NCBI GenBank assembly: GCA_038496445.1
Contig: JALMLS010000015.1
Coordinates: 186,001 to 250,000 of the forward strand
Source of the DNA: Trichosphaerium sp. ATCC 40318
Taxonomy: Eukaryota > Protista > Tubulinea
Direction of reading: 5' to 3'
Length of the DNA: 64,000 nucleotides
Part shown: positions 39,446 to 51,276 of the stretch, piece after piece
Layout of the letters: the number at the start of each line of letters is the position of its first letter
Numbering within the stretch: the first letter of the stretch is position 1
The notes under the pieces: model-generated
The model's input: only the letters and a program-made list of their open reading frames with translations
Told to the model about the DNA's origin: nothing
Databases searched by the model: none
Program-made: the position numbers and the translations under genes

Positions 39446-40450
39446 TCATCGTTTATTTGACGTGAACCATTCATATACATACGGCTCTATATCTGATGTA
39501 TACCTATGTAGTGCATCTGGTTTTAACTTAAACGTAACATCAAATCCTTCCGTTTCGTATATGTTCCTTGCCGCTTCAGACACTGCCCGATATGTATCTT
39601 TTTCTCCAGTGACAACAAGAATAGGTGTCTTACGGTCGTCCTCTTTAAGCAATGAAAAATCCAGATAGTAGAAGGGATCCTTACCAATCCCACCCATGTG
39701 TGTACAAAGACCAGCAAAAAAATTAGGCAAGTACAAAGGCAAGAGACATCCAAAAATCCCACCATTACTATGACCCATGTAAAACATATTATTTTTATCA
39801 ACCACATGGTCAGGCACGTGATTGGCTAGATGTTTATCAACGGCAGGTACTATATTTCTAACGTATTGCAAGTCATTTTTGAAGCGTTCTGTCTTATCTC
39901 TTACTTCAAAGTACCGTTCTCCACAAGCTACTCCACCAAACTTGCTGATGTACGCCCATTGTTCTTTTGTAGGATTGGTAAGCTCTTTTTTCTCGTAGAG
40001 GCTTGCGTGACCGAATACAGCGAGAAAGCGATGCTTTTCAGCTAGTTCTATCCATTTTGTAAGTTCTGTAGCCGAATACCTTCAAACGACGTTAAAAAAA
40101 CAAATCCAGCTTTCTCAAGTGTACCATGCACTCCCTCGGGCGCCGTGGAAGAAGAACACGAGCGGTAACTGTTTTTGTAATTCTGGGTTGGCTTCTATTG
40201 ACTTTGGTACGTGGATGACACATAAGCGGTTGTTGGGAAGTGATAGCTCTGTCGTTGTGCCATATTGCGAATTTAGAACGCAAGTATTCATGAATCGTCT
40301 AATACGCGCCAAACGCGTCTCTTTTGTTTGTTTAAACATCAACCCACGCTCGTCGTTGAAAACAATCGAAGCGATAACCCTTTTCTTTCCATTGACGGTT
40401 ATTTCTTTTTCTACAGTAAGGATATCAGACAGAAGTGCTTGAGCAGCCAT
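39446..40450 (-). CDS. Alpha/beta hydrolase, PHB-depolymerase/LpqC-like esterase (one intron at about 40080-40123)
   Basis: LPLVFFFHG oxyanion region, GHSNGG nucleophile elbow, TGEKD Asp and LHRY His. Confidence 0.85.
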
Positions 40451-40845
40451 GCCACGTATTTACACCTGAATTACTGAGTTGGTAATTAACTGAATTTTGG
40501 TGCGCGTCACATGAACTGTTAACTGCGTGAAACTACTCATGAACATCATTAATGATATTTATTACAGTCTTTGGGTATATTTACAAGAGCTTGAGTGGTT
40601 TTCGTATGGTACAAGTGAGTATTAATTAAATTATTTGAATTAGTCATTTTGTATTTCGTTTTTCACGTGGTTCGTTTCGCTTGAAAAATATCGAGAACAA
40701 ACCGGTATACGCCTCTTTGACGGGCTTCTATTGGATAAAATGTTAGCATATAGATCTAAAAAAGAGAATGACGCGCACTTGGACTATTTTTTTGAGAGGT
40801 ACTAGTATGAGGAGGTCGCTAAAGAAACCACGTCAGCATATTTGA

Positions 40846-41521
40846 TTACTTTTGAGAAAAAAATAAAAGATCATAAACATAAGTGCCCTGTACATTTACC
40901 TGAACTACACCAACTACGTATTTGAGCATGCTTTTCTTTGCCTCTTTACTATGTTTTACGAATTTAAACCTATCATAGACGTTAAACAGCAGACTTTCCA
41001 AAAAAAAAGAAAATCGTGTCATTCTTTCGCTAGAAATGTATTAAAAGACGTACAATTCGGTTACATCCTCTCCTGCGTGGTCTAATAGAACACCTCTACC
41101 TCCTGGGTGTGTTTTGAATTTCGTAATATCCAACACGTATTCACCAATGATTATCCATGCGTCTCGCTTTCTATTATGTTGAGCAACTTGCTCTGGCGTA
41201 TATTTTCGGTGCTAAGGTTAATTTTAGTTTCAGAAAACAATTGTGGTTCATCAAGAAAAAGAATATGCGTTAACGTACTGGCCATACGTTCGAATCTGTA
41301 ACGCAAACGTAGAATTGCTTGGAAACTTGACGAAGTGTCTCTAAATCTCTTTTGCACTGTAATTCCGCTACCATTTTTAATACCTAGCGTTGTTAGGTGG
41401 TATTTGGTACAGTACAAGGTTGTACGTTATCAGGTAGAGGAACTTGCTTAGTATAGCTATTTGTAGGTACTGAAAGCGACTCACGCCTTTTAGAGAAGTA
41501 TCCTTGTAGTAGGCCCTTCAT
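40846..41521 (-). CDS. F-box + cytochrome b5 heme-binding domain protein (4 exons; missed by ORF track)
   Basis: Exons 41521-41426, 41383-41279, 41211-41054 and from 40969 give ...LPDNVLKMVAELQCKRDLETLRQVSKQFYVCVTDSNVW (F-box). This is followed by KYTPEQVAQHNRKRDAWIIIGEYVLDITKFKTHPGGRGVLLDHAGEDVTELFKFVKHSKEAKKSMLKYVVG (cytochrome b5). Confidence 0.85.
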
Positions 41522-42010
41522 TTGCTTTGTTTTCTAGTCTGAGATGGGATAGCTTAAGCAAAGTTCAACGAAAAGCAAGGGCTAAGCTCGACTAAGAATT
41601 TTCGCAAAAAAGGTAATAAAAAAAGTCCACGCGATAAATCAAAAAGCTTCTTAAACTGCTCCATTAGTGAGTTTTGAAGTGTTTTTTCAAGAACAAGTTT
41701 AATTTAATGCTCATTATTCGCTAATTTTGCGGAGCTTGTTGATATGTACGTACCGGCTTATAAACCGCGAGAATAAAAGTATGAGGGCAGAGTTGATGTG
41801 TTTAACAACACTGAAGCAGAAATTAGGTTAAGTTGTCTTTACTTAGCGAAGAATACGTCTACGTTCTCGCTGCAAGCGCTAATCTACTTGTGCAGTTACA
41901 AAATACCAACATTTGTACCAACACATCACGTGAAACGTTTTACTCTCTTGAAAGGTAAAATCGCATTCCCGAAGCAATAATTACAAAGGTTTTTATTAAA
42001 ACAAGCGAAT

Positions 42011-44896
42011 TTAATGAGTGATCAATCGTACGCCACCAAAATCGCCAATATCATGAGGAAAACTATGCGAAGTGAGTTCCCTTGTACACCAACAAGCGAG
42101 AAAAAACACCAACAGAGTTTGCGTAAATCACAAACGAGTAAAACGCGAAATGGCTTTTAAAAAATAAGAGGTTACCGTACCTGTCGCTAGGACATGTAAT
42201 AAAACAAAAATTGATAGGCACATGTAAGTGCTTAGCGAGTTGTTGAACATAAAATGGACCAAAATCTCCTCTAGCGAGTAACTAGGTGGTTTGTTAGCTC
42301 ACAGCTTGTATTTTTTGTAGAGTAAAGTTTATGCGTACCAAATCGATTGTGATCTTCGGATACATCTTATCCAATACCTCTACGCCTTCTTGTAGTTTTG
42401 GTGGAATACTATCTTCTTCGTCGTATACGTGTACAATAATAATCTTATCTGTCAACTCGTTCTGTCGTACATACAACACTGCTTTGTTGAGTACATCTAT
42501 TTCATCTGTTTTTGTAAAGAAAACAATTGGTTGATCTCTTACAAACTTGACTTGACGTTGTACGAATGCTAAGATGCCAGGACAGAATGGTAGGTATGTT
42601 AAGAAGTATGCCAATACTTTCAGGATGAAAGTACGTTGAAGCATCGCAACAACAATGATAAACGTTGCAGAGAAGTAAATACTAAAGTATTTAACATAGT
42701 CTAGACCTGCGATTTGACCATAGATAATGTTACCAATCAAAGCTGCCGAGACAGCTATGAGTGATGCGATTACTGTTGGCCATAAAGCGCGATGGGTACG
42801 AGGTATGCGACCTAAGAAAGCGAGCATTAATAGAAAAGAACGAAAGAAAACTCGATGTGTTCAGACAGCTTGACGCTTGCGTAACGAAGACGTACCACGT
42901 TTATACTTCAAGAGCATGTTACCAATAGCAAATAGAGCCATAACACTCAAGAAAGAGATTGTGTATACACCACTGAGTATAGATACTTTACCCTGAACAA
43001 TAAGGAACAAAGATGATGTAACCAAGAAAAATGCAATAATAATCCAATGATTTGTTTGGCGCCATTTATTTATCTGAAGCAAAAATTGTGGAAGAATTCT
43101 AAAAAACCATGGAGTCAGTTCAGTGATAAAATCACGTGTTGTGAGGGTTTTGAAAGCAAAGTGATAGAGCTTACCTGTCAAGTGTCATACGTCTTACAAG
43201 ACCTGTTACACCGACGTAACTCGTTAATACAGCACCTGAGAGAACCATAACAGCGTCTACAGCTACCTAAACATATTTTAGTGGCCAAAACTTTATGTTT
43301 GTTATTGGGTTAATTCTTACAATGTATTTAAGCCAAGCTGGAGGACATTTATCGCATAAATCAGCACCAACAACACCAGCCATCTCAGCAAGTAGACGGG
43401 TTGTAATTGGTTCATGTCTGATCGAGTCAAGTGTCAATACACCTATAAAAATAAACTTGTAAGAATTCTGCAGATCTGGCAAATTGTTTAAGTGGTACCA
43501 AGAGATAAAAGACTGATGAGTGGATTAAATACTGCGACACAAATAATCATGTTTCTGAGTGTCTTTGGAAATACTCCAGGCTTCTGTTCTTCAATGTAAT
43601 TAGCAGAACTTTCGAATCCTGAAACTCCCAAAAGTCCAGCACAAAAACCAAAGAATATATCCGTGGGCACGTTACGTATCAGTGGTGCCCTGTCGAAATT
43701 ATAATAGAAAACATCTGGACGCCTTGCAACGTATATAATGCATAGAACAACAAGTATGGCAAGAGTAACAAGATGAATAGTAAAAATTATAGCAGCAACT
43801 ACTGCTGATTCTGAAATACCAAGAATGTTCAAAACAGCAAATAGAAAAAGCAGACCTAAACCCCAAAAAATGTCAGAATTCTGTAATTTCTGTTTACTGA
43901 AAAAAAAATGAGGTTTTGAGAAGCTCTTTTCTTACCTATGGTGGACCAAAATGGATCCCACTTATCCCACAATACATTTGCATATCCCATCGCTTCTCTC
44001 GCCGATACAACCGCTTCGATAGGCGTCAAAAGGTGTACTTATATTTTAGAACGTACCCGTAGCCACGTACGACAGCAGTGTTAACATAGCAGCCACTGAT
44101 GCAAGAAATTTTGAAGTAGTATTCAATAGAACATTGTATGCCCCACCGTTAAGAGGAAGAGCAGAACCTACTTCTGCGTATACGTTTTTGAAAAGATAGA
44201 GAGTAATGACTACCTAAAAAACGCGTGAGCATGTCTTTTTGATGGGATCTTTTTTCCTTTGGCGCGAATTTCACTAAACGCTGCTTGCGTTATTATATGA
44301 CGTACCAGTATTAATGAAATAGGCGCTAGTTTACCAGCCGGAACAGCTACAAGACCAGCAACAAAAAGAACAGAGGACTATGTCAAAAGGTCAGAAAATA
44401 ATAATAGGGTAGGGAGTAGTTGAAAGCGAAACGTGTGGTTTCTGTTTGCGTTTGTTAATGTACTAATCGGGTTGATTTTTAAAGAACGAGACGAGAATCG
44501 TTTATCTCACTACAACGGCTGCTGAGCGTACCGTAATATCGTTTCCAGCAATCGAGGTTGCCAAGTATTGCCCAAGAGTTTGCGAATTATGCTACGATAG
44601 CGTCAGATGCATCAAATTAGTAGCTGGAGAGCTTGGAAACGAATTTTAGCTTCCTATTTTACTAACCCACGCAAAAGTGTCGTATCTCTCCTCTGTCATA
44701 TCTACATTTTTTACGGAACCCCATCCAGCAAATTCCCTTAGTGCTGTGAGAAAGCAAGTTTTCACGAATGTTACTGTGAATATATGTACCAATCGCCTGG
44801 CCCACGTAGGGGCGTAGCCTCCGAAGAGCCATTGATGGCCGTATTGGTCCTGATTGCCGCAATTGGCTCTGTTGCAGTCCCACCGTCAGTGCTCAT
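42011..44896 (-). CDS. APC-superfamily amino acid permease with C-terminal cytoplasmic domain (start uncertain)
   Basis: LGQYLATSIAGNDIT, YAEVGSALPLNGGAYN, LGVSGFESSANYIEEQKPGVFPKTLRNM, LLKYKRG, DVLNKAVLYVRQNE, GDFGGVRLITH*. Confidence 0.9.
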
Positions 44897-45118
44897 AATT
44901 ACCGGGCGTGTGGCGTGCAATATAGTGGGTTTTTGTTCTGAATGATGCTCGTTTAAGTCTGTTTCTTTTAAGCGGTACAAAAACGTCAGTCAGACATCAA
45001 CGGGTATAACATAACGTAAATAGTAATACCAAACGTGGTGTCGCGCCTGTTCGCGTTTACATAACTCAACTCACGCTACAGTATTACATAATGACACCAT
45101 TTACGGTGAAATAACGAA

Positions 45119-47472
45119 ATGAGTCGGTTAATTAGCAGTATAGCCAAGCAAAAAGCAAAACCCAGTCGTGGTTCGTGAATACTTATAAATCTGCCACGCT
45201 GTGGGCTGTTTCGTAAACTTATGCTGTATTGTAACGGTTTTATACAGGTGAAAACAAAAGGCATATAATACACCATAAAAAAGGTCACTGGCAAATACTA
45301 CACAACCAACGAGTGTTTTTTGACAAAGATCTTGGCGAACAGCTTGATGTTAAAGTTTTAGACGATTGGTATCGTGTAAGACACGACGATTTCGATGATT
45401 GTAAGGGTGCCTATGGATCCATAGCGTCGTAAGTGCGATATCAGCTGTTTAAAAAAAACAATACGCTAAAGACGCCAAATTAGTTATAAAATGTCTATAC
45501 CTCGTGCCTTGGGAGCAATCTACCCAGAATACTCATGGGTTCCTTGGAAATTTGGGTACTAGAGGAGTAAAAAGTGTTTCTTTGCATAATTTTTTTTTGA
45601 TAAGGAATGTACCCCAAAACTATTGGGACAATGCCAAACATCGAACAGAAAAGATTCGTGACGTTGGATTAAACTTGGGTATAACCGATGATAACCTAGC
45701 GGATTGGTATAATGTCACGCAAGCTCAGTTTATAGCTGCAGGTGGAGGTAGTGTCCTTACAAGGTACAAAGATACAGTGCGTGAAACATGTGTTAACTCA
45801 TTTTTTTTCAGAACGAATTCGATGATCAAGAGTTTAAAGGCAGCGTACCCAAAATATGATTGGGTTGGTAGATACTTTAAGTAAATTCATTAGAATATCA
45901 TGCTTTTAATTGCGGTTATTGACTTGCTATTATAGGGTTGGGCCGAGTAAAAACTTGGTTGGGATACATCGTCTGTTTTTTTTAAGGAATGCTAAAAAGC
46001 TGAATGTTAAAGTCCTTGGTGATTATCCTTTGGTAGGTAATGAAAGGATTATTAAAAGTGGTGGTAGTAGCATGTTGAGAAAGTAAGTTGCCTTTTTTTT
46101 TGAAAGACTGACACACGTTTTTTGCTCTCCGTATCAGAACGTGGTTGCTCTTTTTTTTTGTAATCTATTTTTAGGTATAATTGGTCGCTGGCACGTGCTC
46201 TACAGTATAGTTTTCCAGAACATGATTGGTACCTAATAGAGAGTTGTATATTCTTCATATCTTAGTGTTGTTTAGGTCCTGTTTCTTACCTCTAGGACAT
46301 CCTAAGAATTATTGGTCCTATGAAGGGAATAGACATAAATTTTTAAAGAGTGTTGAATTAGAATTTAACCTAACAAAACCTCACCATTGGTATGCACAAG
46401 AAAACAAAAAAACTCGCAAAATGTTGTTGACACATTGTGACATGTTTCATTCTTTTTTCTTTTTTTTTGCATGGTTCAGAGAAAGCTCTAATTTGCTTTT
46501 AAGGTATCGTGTCCCCATAGATGCTATACGGCGTCTTGGTGCGGGATTTTTACAACATTATCCCCACGCATTAAAGAATTACTACCCAACAGTAAAGTGG
46601 GAATGGAAGGAGTTCTCACATGTACCATTAAAAAAAGCGAAACAAAGGTAACGACATTTTTTCGTTTGAAAAAAACAACAAATTAACGACGCTTGAACAA
46701 TTGGTTATATTTCTAAACTCCCCATGTTTAAGGATACTGATCGAATCTGTGAAACGGTTGTTCCCTGATTTCCAAGTTTTTGAAGAACGATTTATTGGTG
46801 CTGGTTATTCCAACAAACAGCATGTTGTCGTTGATATATTTGTCCCAGGTAGCTTACCTACAATGTTTTTTTTTTATTTGTTAGGATATCTCAGTATTTG
46901 CTACCAAAATTACTTACTATCTACAACAGAAATTGATCTTGCGCTGGAGTACCAAGGTAACCATAAAAAGCTCCAAGAATGCTTAATTACTTGGTATTTA
47001 TTAACGTTATTTTTGTTCAAGGTGAACAACACTACAAGGATATTGTGGCATTTCAAGTACCTGTACCAATCATAGAAGCACGTGATTCTATCAAATCGTT
47101 ACTTTGCAGAGAAAATGGTATGTTTAGAGCTCTACTTATAAGCGTTCTTGAAGACTATTTCTCTCTTACTTTGTTTTTTTAGGTATCACATTGGTCCCGG
47201 TTCCATTCACCTGGATGGGAGATCTTGCTACTTTGGCTGCAACTATTAAGTTTTATAACCCAGATTTGGCACATTTATTGGAACATATACCTTATAATAT
47301 GCCGCTGGACCCTCCAGTCATTTCACCTAATAAGGGTAATAATGTTTTCTTTTTACTCAAAGTTTTCTGCAATGTGGACGTAACAGTTTAAATTAACCCT
47401 ATTTATTTAGAAAATTATCGTCGAGTAATGACGCCATTGGCATCAGTAGCTTCACCGACACAGAAGATGTGA
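45119..47472 (+). CDS. Protein with about 4 tandem 75-aa repeats and a C-terminal PD-(D/E)XK (Vsr/RAP-like) nuclease domain
   Basis: Repeats of (Y/H)W...DWYxV...GG.S....S...AL...YPxxxW, then VVVDIFVPEIDLALEYQGEQHY...RDSIKSLLCRENGITLVPVPFTW. The N-terminus is basic and lacks acidic residues. Confidence 0.75.
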
Positions 47473-47520
47473 AATAAAATAATTGTATTTTTAGTAATTA
47501 TCATTGTTGTGTTGAGTTGC

Positions 47521-47940
47521 TTTCAACAGTACACCAGCGAATGCTATCATTCTGATAGAAGATGCAGATGATGCTTTCCAAACCGCAACGGTACAGAAAA
47601 TCCGCTTACGAAAAGTGACATTTAGCGGCATTCTTAACTGCTTAGATGGAGTTGGTTCTGTGCAAGGAAAGGTTATTTTTATGACAACTAACAATTCGAC
47701 CAACTCACAGATCCAGCTCTTATTCGTCCTGGTCGTATAGACAAGCTTGTGGATTTACAACTGCTTCGAGATCAAGCTAAAAAGATGTATTTACGGTTCT
47801 TTCCCGAAGAAAAGGATTTAGATAAAGAAGTTTCTCAAAAAATTCCTGAAAAAAATCTCGATCAGGGATGAAACAACATAGTATCTGACTCAGGCTTCTA
47901 AAAATGTTTCTGAACTACTTGATCATATGAAGTATATGAT
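47521..47940 (+). pseudogene. BCS1-like AAA+ ATPase C-terminal fragment
   Basis: AIILIEDAD (Walker B), VTFSGILNCLDGVGS, IFMTTN, then a frameshift, then DPALIRPGRID. No Walker A or start codon, no introns. Confidence 0.8.
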
Positions 47941-48114
47941 TTAACATTGTTGATTGATGTAGCGGTGTTAATGAGACTGTAATAAAATTATCACACATAC
48001 ATAGTTCGTATAAGTTCATATAACAAAAATCGTCACTATTGGTTTAGTAATGATTACATTGTGAAATGTTTCTTTTTATTGAGCATCTATTTACAGTTGT
48101 TTTCATGAAGCAGC

Positions 48115-48630
48115 TCAGCTCCTCGATGATGAGCTTTTTCGCTTAGGCCATACAGAATGGATCAACTCCTGCTCCCATTTAGCCAGCTCTCTACTGCCAT
48201 TATTTAATGGGCCATTTCTATTGCATGAGTTCGAGTTATACCCAAAAGCGTTGTCAGACTTTATAGACCACCCACTAACGTGAAGTACTTCAGTTTTCGG
48301 GTTTATTATCTTTTCTTTTATGCATTTGCCTAAGAGGTTCTGGTGTGCTACAACACGTCCGACACGCGGGCAGTACTTACCCTTGCACGCGATAACAATA
48401 GTCTTTTTGCGTTCGTATACAATCAATCCGCAATACCCATCTTCGCATTTAGGTGGAACAGGGGATGGTATTCGTTCAAGGGTTTGAACAGCAAGACTTT
48501 TTTTATCTGATTTCAATGAAGTGATGAGCAAGGCGGTGATTGGGTTTTTATCAATCTCCACTTTTGTTTTTTCCCTCTTTTTTGTTTTTCTGCCGAGGTC
48601 TTTTTGAAGTTCGCTTTTACTTTTGCCCAT
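48115..48630 (-). CDS. Uncharacterised basic protein, intronless; paralog of 6621-7247
   Basis: MGKSK... with GYCGLIVY, AHQNL, VSGWSI, YNSNSCN and SRELAKWE motifs. Confidence 0.8.
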   Translation of the reverse strand: MGKSKSELQKDLGRKTKKREKTKVEIDKNPITALLITSLKSDKKSLAVQTLERIPSPVPPKCEDGYCGLIVYERKKTIVIACKGKYCPRVGRVVAHQNLLGKCIKEKIINPKTEVLHVSGWSIKSDNAFGYNSNSCNRNGPLNNGSRELAKWEQELIHSVWPKRKSSSSRS

Positions 48631-49327
48631 TGTAAGTAGTTTGTTTTTAGTTAGTTGTTGTTATTGTTGTGTTAGATGTTAGATAATGTTCTTGAGCTAA
48701 TGCAAAGATGTTGTGAATATTCTTCAAACTCAGAAGAAATTCACGTGAACTGGATAAATCACGTGAACATTGCACATGACCTATGTCGTCAACACAAATT
48801 TCTCCAATATACATCCACGTGATGCACGTAAAATATTACTGCTATTGGAGGTATTACAATCGAAATTATGAACAGTTTGACGCTACAATACTCCATTTTT
48901 TTTTTATTCACATGAAAGCTCAGGTGATAGCGTCATGCGCCCGCAATTCCACTAGACCCAGTATTGATTGTATGTTATTTCTAGGGCTGTTCATTGCTAG
49001 GATCATTATCCGTTTTGTGTACTGTAATTAATACGTATGGCGTCATCGAAGATCCAAAATGTAACATAAACTATAGCTTGCACAATTAACAGCTTTTTGC
49101 AAAACAAGGGTTGAATCTTCTAGTCTCCCATTCTTCATCTTAGCCATTTAGTAACGACGGTATCAATTGAATCATCTTCGGCGTAATAATTTGTGCTGAT
49201 AAGAAACAGTCTTTTTATTGGTACCCACAATGTATTTTATATTAATAGCCACGTGAGCGAATGTTCAAAATTTGTACGGAACATCTGACAACATGTGAAA
49301 GTAAGTACAATTTACACTGGCTGTTAA

Positions 49328-50644
49328 TTAGAGGTGTGGAATGCCTCTACTATGTTGTCCTAGAGAATAATGTATAAATTCATCAAAGTAATCAACACGA
49401 CGTGCACGCAGCTGGCACCTGGTTTCTATGCAGAAAGGAGTACTAAATCTACTTTTTTCAATGGCATAAACCCCTGCAAGTGATTTGACACCTTCATCTG
49501 TCACTGATGTGCCACCAATGTGAATAGTATGAACGCCTGCAAGTTCTTTTACTCCTTCGTCTGTAACTGAAGTATCTTTAAGGAAACTGTATGAGCCCTT
49601 TTCAATGCTTTGACTCCTTCATCTATGACTGCAGCTCCGTTAAGATAAATAGTATGAACTCCTGCAAGTGGCTTTAAACCTTCATCAGTAACTCTAGTGT
49701 CAGTAAGGTTAATTGTATGAACACCTTTCAATGACTTGATGCCTTCATCGGTAATGTGTTCACAATCAAACAGGTCAATAGTGTGAACGCCTGCAAGTGC
49801 TTTGAGTCCAATATCTGTCACAAAAGTGGAAGTAAGATCAATTTTATGTACACCATTCAATGCCTTGATACCTTCATCTGTGATTGAATCACAACAATAG
49901 AGGCAAATAGAATGTACTCACGCAAGTGCCTTCAGATCATGATCATTGATAACTCCTTTTTTAACTTTTTTCAACTTTGGGTTTGCTTTGAACGATGAAT
50001 CAAGGTATCTACAGCCAGATATCAAAGAATTTACAGTATTATTTTCAACATTCATAACAATGACACTGTTGTTCATGATGCCGTTGTACTGTCTGATCTT
50101 TAAAATATCTGGAATATCATATATGAACACTCTTTGATACCCAACAATGTCATGGATAATATCAGCCATCAAACGACATGATTGAGCAACAGCAAATCTT
50201 GATTTCGCTTCTGTATGACTTAGAATTGTGGATATTACTTCTGGTGTGAAATTGGTAATGCTAACTTTGTGTGGACTTGTTTCTCTTCTACATAATTGTT
50301 TTATTAGCATACAAGAAGAATGAATTCATAGTTAGTAGAACTTACCGTCTTGTTTGTTTGTAATTTGGTATTGGCATGTCCTTCGATTGTGCCATGAGCT
50401 TATCTTTTTGCACATCAAAGGTTGGAGAATGTAATGGCTGTTTTGTTGTGTTGCTATCAGTATCGGTGTTGTTAATGTATTCGTCTAGTTGTTTTAAAAG
50501 ACTCAAGTTTGCATTGTTTAAGATACTTTCAAGTTGTTTTACGAATATTTCACGATGTTTTGCAACAATTTTACTGAATTTCTCTGTATGCTTCTGGCAA
50601 TAGTATGTGATAGCTTGCTCAACTGAAGCACCTGGTAAGTTCAT
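49328..50644 (-). pseudogene. F-box-LRR gene with nonsense and frameshift lesions
   Basis: Exon 1 at 50644-50346. F-box-like NFTPEVISTILSH...RFAVAQSC. In-frame TGA in place of the LRR Gly at 49918-49920. LAGVHTIDL repeats with a frameshift near 49575. Confidence 0.8.
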
Positions 50645-51276
50645 TACTTTGGTACTGCTTTGATTAGATTAATACAAATAAAGAAATCTTGCGTGCTGAG
50701 GCTTAACTAAACGATTAAGCAAGGGATTACTAGGTGTCACTTTACTTTTAACTCAACAAGATTACAAGCAACGCTTTTTGCAGCCACACTTCATTCTTCT
50801 CTGAGTGACTGTAACAAAATGGTCGCACAATGTAGCCTTGTCGAGATCTATCCATGTGAGTTTGTCTTCTTTGGGTGATTCAACCAAGCCTCACATTTTT
50901 CTTTCGCCCAGAAGAAATTTCAGGCACGAACAACGTCGTTTGTCGCTGTCAGTAATTTGGTAGAACATGGTTACTTGGTTGGAACGCACAATAGCAAGTA
51001 GTGACTCTTTCTTCAAGTATGGACTCGCATTGACTGTGTGAGTTCTTTTTTTGGGGTTGTTGTTACTGTTATTTAGTACAACCGCGCTAGCTTGCGTTGT
51101 GATGGAAAAGCAAGCTAATGAGCGATAGCGTAAGCTGTTTAGTGTCGGGTGTATGTTGACATTTTTCCGCCAGGTCAAAGCAGCACGCTACGCATGTAAG
51201 GTTATTATAGAATGTTGTTTGGAGATAAAACAGATTGTAAAGAAACGCTCGTTGCCAGACGCAATAATAATACATA

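Noticed and set aside
41151-41417. 88-aa ORF from the track
   Set aside because: Wrong frame. The region is exons 2-3 of the F-box-cytochrome b5 gene.
49918-49920. In-frame TGA as possible recoding (Sec, Trp or variant genetic code)
   Set aside because: It falls at a conserved Gly of the LRR, the gene also has a frameshift, and TGA terminates other genes in the window.
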